Notes under the pieces: generated by a model
What the model was told of the DNA's origin: nothing
The model's database searches: none
The model's input: only the letters and a program-made list of their open reading frames with translations
DNA from: Octopus vulgaris
Lineage: Eukaryota
Length of the DNA stretch: 64,000 bases
Direction: 5' to 3'
Assembly: GCA_951406725.2 (NCBI GenBank)
Contig: OX597817.1
Location: forward strand, 8,060,001 to 8,124,000
Shown: one piece after another, positions 37,676 through 51,608 of the stretch
How positions within the stretch are numbered: the stretch's first letter is position 1
Layout: each line of letters starts with the position of its first letter
Program-made: the position numbers and the translations under genes

Positions 37676-39943
37676 TACGACAGGCTTCTTTCAGTTTCCG
37701 TCTACCAAATCCACTCACAAGGCATTGGTCGGCCCGAGGCTATAGCAGAAGACACTTGCCCAAGATGCCACGCAGTGGGACTGAACCCGGAACCGTGTGG
37801 TTGGTTAGCAAGCTACTTACCACACAGCCACTCCTGTGCCTATTCATTTATGTTTTATAAATAAAATCTTAAGTTTCCGTTTCTTATAAAACTTCGTCTC
37901 TGCCCATCCAGCGGTGCCTCATTCAAAGAGTGCTTCAGTCACTTTATAGCTTAACAACTATATACCTTGTTTTGTTTACTTGTGAACACCTGAACACCTA
38001 CCCAAGAAAGAAAGAAAGAAAGACAGAAAGACAGAGTAAGATAGATTATTAAACTCATTTGAAAACAATTAGCCTAAATACCTGCAACCGGAAGATGGAA
38101 AGTTAGAATAAAGAAAAAAAAAAGGAATGAAGGAAAAAAAAAAAACATGTCTGGACAGCCGACTGTATCCGTCAGTCATTATGGGAATAAGAAAGAAGTG
38201 AATAGGTCATGTTTTGGGAAGAGATTAGGGGGAGAATAGCAAAGCAAGACTTGAAATGGGAACCAGCTGAAAAAAAAAAAAAAAAAATTCCATCTTGGGT
38301 AAAGTGCCCCTACATTTTTCTTTAAAAAATAAGCAAAAATAAAGTGAAACAAATTATGATGGATAAGAATGAAAAGTAGTGTAGGTTATATGTTGTTGCA
38401 TAGCCTCAGATTAGCCAAAATTCTGCATTTCTGGACCCAGCCGGCCGTGACAAACCCGTCTTCTTGTATATGTAGAACTATATTGGCCAATGTGTACTTT
38501 TATTTATTTATTTTTAAGAAAAAAAAAAGTAAAAAAAAGCAGTGTCGTTAAAGGGATACTTGACTTCTGTTTCTTTCGGATCAAGTAATTTGTTAATCAA
38601 GAAATTGCAACTTTTTTTTTTTTTTCGAGACAAAGGATGCATGAAACGTGGCTCATCAAGTGGGTTATAACTATTGAGAAGAAAAAAATTCAAGATAATT
38701 TCTCGTTAGGCGTGCCATGCAGACAGTCCCATGGGCCGCAGTTTGACCATTACTAGTGCAAATGCACTTCAGTGAATTGTATGTATGAGGCAGCGGCACC
38801 GGCCAAGTTGAAGACACGTGAATATAGTGAATATATAGAGGGTCAGTTTACATAGGGTAGTGTGTTAAGTTTCTTCTTTAGGGGTAAAAAAAAAAAAAAA
38901 CGAGAGAGAGAGAGAGAGAGAGAGAGCAGAAGGTCTTCATGAAAAACCCTCGGGTAAATGTTTCGGTTCTTAACTTCTTACAATCTAAGGGTCGCATTCT
39001 AGGTCATGACTCCCGGGTGCCCTTCTGCTGACATTTTTTTAACTACTTGGATATCGGAAACTTGTGCATTTAAACCGCTTGGAGATAGTGGCTATGACGT
39101 TTGTAGATCAACCTAGGCCGGTAATATTGGTTTCAGTTTTTGTCACAAGGCCAGCAAGTTCGGGGTGGGGGGGAATGAATCGATTACCTCAACCCCAGTG
39201 TTCATCTTGTACTTATTTCATTGAGCCCCGAAAGGATGAAAGACAAAGTCGACTTCAACGGAATTTTGATCTCAGAACGTGGCGGCAGACGAAATACCTA
39301 TTTCTTTACTACCCACGAGGGGCTAAACACAGAGGGGACAAACAAGGACAGACAAACGGATTAAATCAATTACATCGACCCCAGTGCGTAACTGGTACTT
39401 ATTTAATCAACCCCGAAAGGATGAAAGGCAAAGTCGACATCGGCGGAATTTGAACTCAGAACGTTGTGGCAGACAAAATACCTATTTCTTTACTACCAAC
39501 AAGGGACTAAACACAGAGGGGACAAACGGATTAAGTCGATTATATCGACCCCAGTGCGTAACTGGTACTTAATTTATCGGCCCCGAAAAGATGAAAGGCA
39601 AAGTCGAACTCAGAACGTAACGGCAGACGAAATGCCGCTAAGCATTATGCCCGGCGTGATAACGGTTCTGCCAGCTCGCAGCCTACTTAGGCTGGTATTA
39701 CTAATGCAGTTCATTTTGAGTTAAGGTATGCTTAAGTCGATGTCGGCAGAGAAAGTGATAATTGTGTGTGCGTATGAATCCGGAGGACGGCAGTTTGAGA
39801 GACGAAGGACTGGAGTTAGATGTTAAGTGCTGTGATGCGGGAAGTGAGATACAACAATATGACTGATATTGAGAGAAGAGTTGGGTATGAGATTAACTAA
39901 TTCAGATGAAGTGTAACAATTGTAGTCGCTGTAGATCAATGAT

Positions 39944-40040
39944 CCAGCAACAGGACCTCCGTAATGCTATGATGGACCGTGAAGTCTGGCGTAACATAGT
40001 AAATTCCATTGTCTCGACCACGGTCGAACAATGATGATGA
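39944..40040 (+). mobile_element. RTE-like LINE extreme 3' end
   Basis: DLRNAMMDREVWRNIV* followed by (TGA)n. Confidence 0.55.
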
Positions 40041-40350
40041 GATGAATGCTTCTCAACCATTATTTTACCGACGGACCCTTTCGATTTCTATCTTATTCTG
40101 GTGGATTCCCATAACTATTCGATGTTTAGAAACTAGTTTTATAGATACTTCTTTCAACATTCTGATTTTGTTTTTCACTCATTCGCTTGTGTAAATTTGC
40201 GATAATACTCTCTGAGAGAACATGCTTCAGTCGCCGAAAACAGGTTGAACTACACAAAACATTAAAAAAAAAAATACTTCGTTGTTTCTTGCAATAAATA
40301 CAACCAAAACAAAATTCTTTTCGTGCTGCATCAGAGATGCAGTACGAAGT

Positions 40351-40401
40351 TTTGTCAGTGAACAGGTCGCAGTCTCAAAGCGACGAAAATATTTTGACAA
40401 A
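40351..40401 (+). ncRNA. Minimal type I hammerhead motif with G3-C8 swapped core
   Basis: TTTGTCA-GTGAACA-G-GTCGC(9 nt)GCGAC-GAAA-ATAT-TT-TGACAAA; 7-bp stem I and 5-bp stem II. Confidence 0.55.
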
Positions 40402-41471
40402 TTAAATTTAAATGTTGAAGTGAATCTAACGGTTTTTGTGTGTTTCTTAAATGGCTTATAAACACCTTCCACGCTGCAATTGTTTTCGTTCCAGCACACG
40501 ATCTCAGATCAGGTCACTTGCTGTGCAAGTACATCTCCAAAATTCTTTTCATGGACCTTTAAAATACTGCTGTAGATACCCAATTTACTATTTTGCTCGT
40601 GTGTATCCCTCCCCGCAAATCTTATATTGACGCTCAGGTGGGGGTCACACCTGGCTGAGAACCACCGTCGTAGAGGAAGCAGCTAGTATATTCATTTTAG
40701 CCTTCTGAGTTCAAATTCTGTTGAGGTCAGTTCTACCTTTTATCTTTTTAGTGTCCACAAAAAGAGCGGTCTAGTCCTGAGAGCTGAACTTCTGTACTTT
40801 CTCAAGATTATATCTGTAATTCAAAGGTGTGGAGGCGCAATGGCCCAGTGGTTAGGGCAGCGGACTCGCGGTCATAGGATCGCGGTTTCGATTCCTAGAC
40901 CGGGCGTTGTGAGTGCTTATTGAGCGAAAACACCTAAAAGCTCCACGAGGCTCCGGCAGGGGATGGTGGTGATCCCTGCTGTACTCTTTCACCACAACTT
41001 TCTCTTAATCTTACTTCCTGTTTCTGTTGTACCTGTATTTCAAAGGGCCGGCCTTGTCACTCTCTGTGTCACGCTGAATATCCCCGAGAACTACGTTAAG
41101 GGTACACGTGTCTGTGGAGTGCTCAGCCACTTACACGTTAATTTCACGAGCAGGCTGTTCCGTTGATTCGGATCAACCGGAACCCTTGTCGTCGTAACCG
41201 ACGGAGTGCTTCCACAATTCAAAGGTCCAGTCTTGTCACATAAGGTGACGCTGACAGAGCATCCACCGTAGGTTGCTGGTAAGTGAATCAGCCTTCAAAT
41301 AAAATGACCTTACTATCAGAAGACTTGACATCTCCTTTCTGCCACCGGCTCTGTGTGACTCAGACAAAAACCACAGATTAAACTAGATACTATGTACGGC
41401 ATGTTCACCACATAGTCCATATTTTGATATCCACGTTTCTTTCTTTCCTTTAATTCTATCTATCCATCCAG

Positions 41472-41537
<66 letters not shown>

Positions 41538-41550
41538 GTCTGTCTGTCTA

Positions 41551-42039
41551 AAAAGATGGGTGAATGTAGCAAGGATGGCACGTATGAGTGACGAAGCCAC
41601 CTTGAGCATAATCCTATGAACCCAGAAATTGAAAACAGAGGGTTACCCACTTGCAAACAAATGTGGTAACATATAACAATATTGACCAAGGTTACCGTGG
41701 TCTTTTTCGTAGGCTTTTCTTCCCACGGATAAACCTTACTTGCTTTCCCCTTTACACCATATATCATAACACTGTGATACACGATTCCTATTGATCGTTT
41801 TTTTTTACCTCTTCCCCTTTTTTCTTTTTTCATTTCTCTTTCCTTTTGTTCCTTTTCCTTTTCCTTTTCTTCTTTTTTTTGTTCTTTTCTTCCCTTTTAC
41901 GATCCCTCTTGATCGAAAACCTACGCCACCCCCTTTTTTTTTTCTCTTTTGTTTTTTGTTCTCTTCATCCCCCAAAAGAAAAGCTCTACCTTGTAACTTG
42001 TCCCATCTGTGTGCAGCCCTGTGTGGCCAATAAAGAAAC

Positions 42040-42040
<1 letters not shown>
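41551..42040 (+). mobile_element. Short 3' copy of a Tx1/L1-like LINE in (TATC)n
   Basis: Homologous to 42907-43358; ends AATAAAGAAAC then TATC repeats. Confidence 0.8.
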
Positions 42041-42133
<93 letters not shown>

Positions 42134-42134
42134 G

Positions 42135-42165
<31 letters not shown>

Positions 42166-42166
42166 G

Positions 42167-42256
<90 letters not shown>

Positions 42257-42257
<1 letters not shown>

Positions 42258-43358
42258 GGGCGAATGGCACCGCGAGTGTCGCGTTGCTCTCAAGCAACTC
42301 TGCCTTCCTGGGTCGACCTTAAGTGACTTCAACACAACCAAAGCATTCTATAGGGGTTTAGTGGAGGGGAGGTACGACGACGAGCTCGGGGCGAACCTGG
42401 ACGTCGACGAGGAGTACCTGACCCGCCTGTTCAGGACGACTTTCGGGCCAGGGCCCATGGACAACTTCCAGAGATCCCTGGCCTGGCAGTGCTACCGAGA
42501 AGCGCTACCCGTTCGGGATAAGCTCTACAGACACGGCTCGAGAAACACGGGGCCGACCTGCCCGAGATGCGGTCAGAGCGACGAAACCGTTCTGCACGCA
42601 CTCGTTCAGTGTCCAACAATTTCCGACCTGTGGGCTTATGTCGAACAACTGCTGTCACGTGTGGGACGAGTCGGTTTATCAGCTGAGTCTATCGTCAATA
42701 TTGTCACGCCTCCTTCCTTCAAACGGGAAGGAAGAGCTATTTTCATCATCCTTGTGGCTATGGCGAAAGAATGTATCTGGTGGACGCGTCTGAAAGGATT
42801 GGAGACAAACACTTTCCTCTCTGGTCAATCTCTCATCAACTTCTTCAAGTACCACTTGAAAAGGAAAGTGAGAGTAGAGAGGCAAGTTTTGTCTAGCGAA
42901 TGTTTTAAAAAAAGATGGGTGAATGTAGCAAGAATGGCACGTATGAATGACGAAGCCACCTTGAGCATAGTCCTATGAACCCAGAAATCGAAAACAGAGA
43001 GTTGCTTATTTGCAAAAAAAAAAAAAAAAAAAAAAGAAATATAAAATGTGACTTCATTGACCGAGGTTACCGTGGTCTTTTCCGTAGGCTTTTCTTTCCA
43101 CGGGTAAACCTCACCTGTCCTCCCCTTTACACTTCATATTGACATTTCTGTGATAACGATCCCTATTGATCAATTTTTTTTCCTCTCCCCCTTTTTTTAA
43201 CCCCCCTTTTTTTTGTCCTCTTTCTCACCTTTTACGATCCCTTTTGATCGAAACTCCCCCTTCCTTTTTTTTTTTTTTTTTTTTTTTTCTTCAAAAGAAA
43301 AGCTCTACCTTGTAATTTGTTCTATCTGTGTGCAGCCCTGTGTGGCTAATAAAGAAAC
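42257..43358 (+). mobile_element. Tx1/L1-like LINE 3' part (zf-RVT/CCHC domain) in (TATC)n
   Basis: ORF 42361-42978 reads ALPVRDKL...[18 protein letters not shown]...W; flanked by TATC arrays. Confidence 0.85.
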
Positions 43359-43359
43359 A

Positions 43360-43398
<39 letters not shown>

Positions 43399-44999
43399 AC
43401 ATCCTTCTTTCTTTCTCTTTTTCTTTCTTTCTTTCAACTTGACTTGTTGAGCTGATATCTTTCTGGTTCAGTAATTTACAATGGAGGAAGCTCAGGTTTT
43501 GTTGTCGCAGTTGCTTGGCCCCAGGCCAGTCTTGATTGAGAGACCTACGGTCAAAAGTGTTCTAGCTGTGATCATACAGTCTTTTATTGAGTTACTGTGT
43601 ATTTGAGGCTGTAAATGCAACATAAGAGTTTTCAGAGTGAAGACGTTGAAACTCCCTCATTGGTTAGTTTAATGAAGTTGAAATGTTCAACGCAGTTTCC
43701 ACAACTGGTTCTTTGTCTATGTTAGAAACAATAATTATTGAATTAAAATTCAATTTAGGAAAGACATTAGGTGGGATGTTAGGATGTCAGACAGAGTATT
43801 AAATAAAAAAATAAAACTTAATCGCTTTTCAAACTTCCGTTGTCCACATTGGCTGATACCAAGCCTTTTCCGGTTTTTGCAACGTCAAGTACATCTTATT
43901 TTATATTTTATTATTCATTATTTTTTTTTCAGAGGAAGGGCAGAGCCGGGAAAGCTTTGCAGGATCTACATGACTGGTAGGAAGCCCAGAGACATAGTAT
44001 AAGTGCGTGGAGTAGCTGATTAATTTGTAGTCATTCAAGGACCAGATGTTAGTGTTAAATCGAGTGACACATTATATTTTTAGTGTAAAGCATTAATTGT
44101 CCTCGGTATTTCGTAATATCTGGCTGCGTGTGACGACAGGAATGACCACAGTAATATTTGAGTTTTTATACAATTTTATTAACCTGTATCATATTTACCT
44201 GTGTATAATTATTTGATTTATGGAACAACGTTCATGAAATAATAAATTTGGGATCTTCTGTAATACAACATTCTAGATAATATTATCAAGGTAGTTTATA
44301 GTTATAGAAGACAGATAAAATAAATAAAGGTTAAATTACAGCATGTAAGTAATATATAAGCGAGATTCAATATTAAAACTCAAGATTGGGACCTTTGTCG
44401 ATCACGGCACCAGTAAGGAAGCACTCCGTCGGTTACGACGACGAGGGTTCCGGTTGATCCGATCAACGGAACAGCCTGCTCGTGAAATTAACGTGTAAGT
44501 GGCTGAGCACTCCACAGACACGTGTACCCTTAACGTAGTTCTCGGGGATATTCAGCGTGACACAGAGAGTGACAAGGCCGGCCCTTTGAAATACAGGTAC
44601 AACAGAAACAGGAAGTAAGAGTGAGGGAAAGTTGTGGTGAAAGGGTACAGCAGGGTTCACCACCATCCCTGCCGAAGCCTCGTGGAGCTTTTAGGTGTTT
44701 TCGCTCAATAAACACTCACAACGCCCGGTCTGGGAATCGGGACCGCGATCCTACGACCGCGAGTCCGCTGCCCTAACCACTGGGCCATTGCGCCTCCCAC
44801 GGCACAAGTATGTTAAGTAGGAAAAGTAAAAGACGCTGAGACCAAATCACCCAGCAAAGATACTAAGTTCCGCGTGGACTGTTGAGTGACTCTTATCTGA
44901 AGTTGAATTTGCCAATCTTTTATAATCGTAAACAAAAATTTCCAGAACTTTCGATCCGGTTGTTTAATAGAAAAATTCGCACACTTCCTTTGAAGTTCG

Positions 45000-47995
45000 T
45001 TGCATCATGCATAAGAAGTTAGTCAATGCTGACTGGTCGAGCCATTGTATTTTATGGTGATTTATTGCATTTTATGGCAGTATAGTAGATCCTTAGCAGG
45101 GAAAATCTGAGAGCGATGATTCAAAGCTCTGCTGGAGCCTTACTCCAAACCTGTAAATCTGTTTGATATATCCCAGATCAGGAGAGCATATTCAGTAATG
45201 AATGTCAATAAAGTACCAGTCGGTTTTACAGCGTTACTTCAATTGGTAACTCTAACAGATCCATACTACAGAGTTCTAGGGCGATGTTTTTCAAACAAAC
45301 ATGTACTGGCTCCCTCGCCCCACAAATACCAGTGAAATTTGCCTACACCCTCTCACTCGTCATTAATGAAAAGCCAAAATAATTTGCATCCATAAAATGC
45401 TTCTTCACCACGCTGATTGACAAATTTTACAAATCAGAAGAAATCATCTTAATTTTATGAAATACGGCAATACTTACACCTTCTGTTCAATCCTCACTGT
45501 TAAGTTGGAAGCACACTTTTCTGTCAGAATCTCACCAGATCAATTTGTTAATGAACGTCCTTCTGTGAGCCTTAAGCATTAAAGTAAAGTACTTAGTTAC
45601 TGCTCCTACAGGAACCATTTCAGAAAATTTAATTGGAGGTATTAAAGCGCGCATTCATCTCCTAGCAAAAGTGTTTAGATCAACTTCCACACAGTGAAAC
45701 TTTAGGAGATAAAAAGCCGTCACAACTCCTGCAAGAAATGAAGCGATTGCTAGAAAATAATTCCTTGGAGGAATCTTTTATGAAACAGTTATTCATTCCT
45801 GCCATGTTTACCACCGAATGTACAAGGAATCTTTGCATCAGTAATGGATCACAGCTTTAGTTGATGGCATTGTCGACATTTTACTTCCAGCTTCCTCTAC
45901 TTTTTGTGTTTTATTTATTTCTTCAGAGTTAGTGGCGTTCCGTAAGTTTTCCGAAGACAAGATTTAGGTATTCACGGACAAAAAAAAAAAAAAAAAAAAG
46001 GAACAACTCAAAATACTACATTTTCCCACATGCTCGACTTCCCCTTTCAGAAATTCGACGCTAAACCAATTCTCTAGTTCTCGCGCGAAAATTATCATAC
46101 ACAGTATTGGCATCATTACAGATTCGGTTCGAATATTTATCGTTGTTTTCATGTGGTTCCTTTCAATCTGCTTCAAAGCAACAGGCACGCAAACTCGAGG
46201 GATTAGCAGCGATTTCATCACCTGGTAGTTTCTACAGAAAGTCGCTTATTTTATATTTTTTATTCTTCTTCGAAATCACACTTTCTAGTCAATACTGATG
46301 CTGGGTGCAGTGTTTGGCCTTACAGCTTGTTTACAAGGCACGCGACAGCTGTCAGCAGTTACTTTGCAAGCTGTAAACCATTCAGCAATGCCCATTGGAC
46401 TTGAGTTTACTTTAAGTTTTCAAATGGATTTTCGTCACAACCGATCTTCTGTACCCAATTGTCTGTACTGATCTTCTTCATCATTTTGGTTTCCCAGTTG
46501 AATAAAAAGACAAAAACAATTGATTCTACGATTAAATTATTGACATGCAGCGTTAGTGCAAAGACTGCTGCCATCAGTCTTCTTTTCTTCGTAGTTTCTA
46601 ATCGATCAATAATCATGCTCTTTTTTAGTTGATTTCTGGACATCACTCACCCGATTTTCAGTGAGTGATGACGCTTGTCCGAGACGTCTTGCTTCAGACA
46701 GAATGAAAATTGCAAAAGAGAAATTAGGCCTCATGTTACAGCTTGGTATTATTCAACATTTTTCTAGTAATAAGGCTTCTCCTCTAAGTGTGGTTCCGAT
46801 AAAGACCGAAAATGATATGCGTCCCAGTGAGGACTACAGAATGTTAAATTCCAGAATGGTGCCGGATGAATATCTTATTCTTTGCATTTAAGTTTTCTCA
46901 CCTTCTCAACATGATGCTACAGTTTCTTCAAACATTGATTTATTTCATGCATACAACTATATTCCAACAGAACCCAATGGTATTCATATAAGCTGTTATA
47001 ACCATACGTTTTGGGTAAACATTTTGGGCTCAGAAATTATGCAAATTCCTTCCACTGATTTATTGATGAAGTGACTCACGGTTTGAAGTTTGTTTTTCTT
47101 ATATCGTTGATTTGTTGCTTGGCAGTACTTTAGAATCAGAGTATGAACATAAACTAAATCAACACCTTATTAGATTATTGCATTACAACATGGTGATTAA
47201 TCCATGTATCCGTCTCTTTGTTTTGTCTTTAACCTTTTAAAACCATATCATTGATAGCAATGGTATTCTCCTTTGATGGAGTAAATAGATGCAATAGTGC
47301 AGTTCCCAGCCTCCACTTCTTTACGAAAATTACGTGAATTCCTTGGTCTAATGAATTTCTGCAGACGTTTTATTCTATACTGTGCTTGAACGAACAACAC
47401 AGAATTGTTACATAATCCGGAAAATAAGAACGAGAAATTTATTTTAACGCTGGAAGAATTACAGTCGTTTAACGAGTTGAAATAAAAATGATCCGCGGTC
47501 ACCTTATCGACTCACTCGATACCAGATACGCGATGCATCTGATTATGTGCATCGACTGTGGTAATATATGTCTGAGAAACTACTACCCAGACATCAAATA
47601 GTTAAAACATATGTTCCAACTGATATTACTATACGGTCTCAGGATTTTGTCTGTAAGAATTTAGTGCGAAAGTTCTTACATACACCGCATACCGGAAGCA
47701 GTATTGATGAAATTTACAAAGCTTGTACTGATGCAAACACATCTAACGAAGGCACATCACATGTGCATGCATACTTGTTACACATTCATATCTGTGTGTA
47801 TACGTTGGCACACTTGTATAGAATACATCCCCACTTTTGGCACTATTTTGTTAGTGAACAATACAAACTGTGTAAAGTATATAATGTATCACTACGCTGA
47901 ATGTCGAGTCCGTGTAACGTGGCAAGTAAATAAACACGTTAACAATAGCAATGGCTTTCATTTGGTTGTCTGTCCCATTAGAACCCAAACTACAC
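45000..47995 (+). pseudogene. Heavily degraded Ty3/Gypsy element (CsRn1/Kabuki-like)
   Basis: YWHHYRFG gag motif; FLVNT protease remnant; PRRLASDR...LGII...SPL..VP...RP..DYR.LN RT N-terminus (46661-46891). Confidence 0.75.
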
Positions 47996-48074
47996 AAAAC
48001 AATACATATATATTTATTTTCTGGTAACTGTCTATTCGTGTTGAAGTTCAGGTAGTTTCAAAAAGACTCATTTA

Positions 48075-48988
48075 CGAGGTGCATTCCAGAAGTTTTGAGA
48101 CTTTATTTTTAGGAGAGGCAGTTATAATTGTCCCGGGTTATTGTAATTTTAGAAAGCATCTAACCAAGGTGACCTGTCAACTTTTACTATTCTAGATTCA
48201 AGGAGACGGCTGCAACAGCACTTTGAATACATCTTACTGAGCACTACCTGTCATTTTCTTTTTCTTTCGCCCTTTTCAAGCCTAGCCAGGCTCATGGGCC
48301 CGGTTTCTCGGTTTCTCTAGCGTATATGTTCCCCCCAGCTGAACGGGACGCCAGTCCATCGCAGCGTTTCTCAAGAAACAGGAAGAAAGAGTGAGAGAAA
48401 GTTGGGACGAAAGAGTACAACAGGGGTCACCACCACCCACTGCCGGAGCTCGTGGAGCTTTAGGTGTTTTCGCTCAATAAACACACAGAACGCCAGGTCT
48501 GGGAATCGAAACCGCGATCCTCCGACCGCGAGTCCGCTGTCCTTGTTTTTGACAGTAAGGGCATCATCTATATCCAGCAGGGCCCTTCTGGCCAGAAGGT
48601 CAACAAAGAGTACTTAGTGGAAGTTTTGAGGGAGTTCAGGAAGAGATTTCGCTGTAAAAAGGCCAGAGCACCTGCACAAGGACAATGCATGAGTTCACGA
48701 TTGCATCCTGGTGGTAATCAATTACTTGTCTAAGACGGGTGTCAAAAACTGTCCCTTAACCCTTCCTGCATACAGTCCAAACTTTGCTCCTTGTGACTTT
48801 TAGCTGTTCCCTAAGATGAAGGAGTTGAAGGAGGCCATGAAAAATTTTTTGGACACTTTCATTTTGGAGGACCTCCATGGGGCCTTCACAAAGTTGGCGG
48901 ATCCTGCTTTAAAAAAGATTAGAGTTTTGTACTTTGAAATTAATAAATTTCTCTCCCGAAAGTCTCAGAACTTCTGGAATACACCTCG
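48075..48988 (+). mobile_element. mariner-family transposon remnant with a nested SINE
   Basis: TIR CGAGGTGCATTCCAGAAGTT / AACTTCTGGAATACACCTCG with TA TSD; FDSKGII and YSPNFAPCDF remnants. Confidence 0.85.
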
Positions 48989-49270
48989 TACAATACGACT
49001 TCTCATATAGCCTTAATATGTTTCTATACTGTGTTGTACGTTGCCTAATTTTGCTCGAATATTGCCACATCCGCACGAACGACTTACTCACCAATATATA
49101 GACAACACGACTACTCCATTGTGGGAAACTGGACATTGTTGCTGCTGTTGTTGCTATTGTTGTTGCTTAGTCCAATTCAACTCAGAACGAGCAAAACTAT
49201 GACTAAGAGGTTTTAACTGTGATCATCCCATTTTTGTTTTATTTAATATCTAGTTATAATATATTTAGGA

Positions 49271-49661
49271 CTAGCAGTATCGCCCGGCGTTGCGCGGGTT
49301 GGTGAGGGAAATAACTATATAAGCATTTTTAGAGAGTTATAGCCAAAAAATAGCAAAAAAATGCATTAAAAATGGAAAATAAAATGATGGTCAATTTTTT
49401 TAAAAATCGTTGACTCATCGTAGACATTTTTAGAGAGTTACTTCCCTTATATAATAGCGAAAAAAATGCATTAAAATGGAAAAAAATGATGGTAAATTTT
49501 TTTTTAAATCGTAGACTCATCGTAGACGCGCGCTAATACCCAGAAGAGCTCGATATGAATCACGACTATAAGATACCCGGTTTTGGTTAAACTGCACCGC
49601 AAAATGTGAATCTAAATCGTAAGAGACAGACAGCACACAACCTCACTTTTATATATAAAGA
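49271..49661 (-). mobile_element. Non-autonomous Helitron
   Basis: TC...hairpin-CTAG; same family on + strand at 58348-58692. Confidence 0.8.
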
Positions 49662-49885
49662 TTACACTTCCTTTTATTTGTGTAAGATGGTATGTATAGA
49701 TTTGAAAAGGCTTTTAACTGCTATTTGTAGCAGATCGAGCGAACAAGCAAAGGCCCCTTCGTTCAATCATATATCCGAATTTTGATATTGTTTATCTTTA
49801 GATTGATCCTAAACGAGCAGACGTCTGATGAAAGGCTTTGTCACAGCAATCATCTGTCTTTATTATTATTATCATTATTATTATT

Positions 49886-50118
49886 TATGGGTTTTTCTTC
49901 TTCTTTCAAATTTGCTTCCATTTCTTGCCGAGTGTCTTCCCGACTCCTAGGGCAAAGAAACTCATAGTATACATTGGTAGGCCATTAAACTAAACTCACT
50001 AGTTCGTTCATTTTTTTTTTGTTGATAGAAATAAAGTTAAATTAAAATACATGGGTAGTAATAGTTCTCACATCGACAATGCTCTTCTCAATACGTGTGA
50101 TGTACCAGTTAAGACACT
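49886..50118 (-). mobile_element. R4/Dong-like LINE 3' end in (TAA)n
   Basis: Minus strand VLTGTSHVLRRALSM*; flanked by TAT repeats. Confidence 0.6.
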
Positions 50119-50140
50119 TATTATTATTATTATTATTATT

Positions 50141-50694
50141 GAGTGAGAGAGCAGTTCATGCCATCAAAGTGACACTGGGGTAAAATATACGAAGCCCAGT
50201 ATACTCATCATGACTACCCGTCTGATAAGGGTACACCAGGCACATGCATCACAATCATTTGTACGCCACATGGTGATCTCATAACAAGATAAACAGCACA
50301 TGACCTTGCAGGTGGGGCCCAGTTAGAATTTTCTTCTGGTCGAGTAGCCCATCCCGCTCAAAAGGTCCCGGAATAAGGATTGTTTAAGGATGTTGAACGA
50401 ACCACCCATGTTTCCAAAGGTGAATTATCCAAACCTCCAAGAATTCCTTTCAACACACGGCTATGATGCTCCTCCACTACTTCTGCTTGTGATCAGAGAT
50501 GCACATATCGTCAGCCACTAAGGGACATGCTCAACTGGTTAAGGTCAAACAACTGACAAGCAAATCTGTGGTAGTGAGCAGAATATTTACTGTAGCCCAT
50601 CTTTTATACCAAGACAAAACAATGTACATGATAACACTTCCAATCAGTTAAGATCAGAAGCCATGAGAGCCATTGCCTGGTACTGCATCAGGGC

Positions 50695-50697
<3 letters not shown>
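50141..50697. repeat. Unclassified insertion bounded by (TAT)n tracts
   Basis: GC-richer block with (TAT)n on both sides. Confidence 0.45.
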
Positions 50698-50760
<63 letters not shown>

Positions 50761-50994
50761 CATTATTCAAACTACATATCCCAAATAGGTCCCTTCATAT
50801 TTAAGGCAGTAGGGGGCGAATTGAAGGAAGATTTGGCTGCTAGTTCTTTCAAGTCGAGTGTCCACGTCAGTCGACAATTTCAGATATTCGTTCGATGAAG
50901 ATACAATCTCCAATGTTTGAAATATTTTCTTATATAATACGAAAGTGTCTGTTTGCACTTTATTCGGCAGCAGTAGATGCTGTCATAGTCGTTA

Positions 50995-51069
<75 letters not shown>

Positions 51070-51071
51070 TA

Positions 51072-51520
51072 GTAGTTTTTTTTTATATATATCGTGCTTT
51101 CACTTCACTACTGAGCGCAGCTCTATGTGCATTGGGTATGTGCTGTGGTTTGTTGCGATTCTCTGATGGTTACTGTACTGAAAGTGTTTTGCGTAGGATG
51201 TGTGCAGTGCCTAGTAGTGCAATTTTCTGTATGTTATATATGTTTGTAAGTCCTGGTGTTTTTGTTATGTATTTGTCTGAATATTTTTTTATCATCATGC
51301 CTAATGCACCTACTATGATTGTTTCTGTTTTTAGACTCCATATTCTAGTTACCTCTATTTCCAGGTCTTTGTATTTTGAGAGTTTCTCCATTTCTTTTAG
51401 ACAAACGTTGTCATCAGCCGGTACTGATACATCAATTAGAAAGCATTTTTTTCCTTCATGATCTCTGACAACTATATCTGGTCTGTTGGCCTTAATTTCT
51501 CTATCTGTGTGTATCGGCAT
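51072..51520 (-). mobile_element. R4/Dong-like LINE 3' end (restriction-like endonuclease) in (TAA)n
   Basis: NRPDIVV...IDV...EKLSKYKDL...IVGALG...QKIALLGTAHILR; TAT tracts on both sides. Confidence 0.88.
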
Positions 51521-51544
51521 ATAATAATATTATTATTATTATTA

Positions 51545-51608
<64 letters not shown>

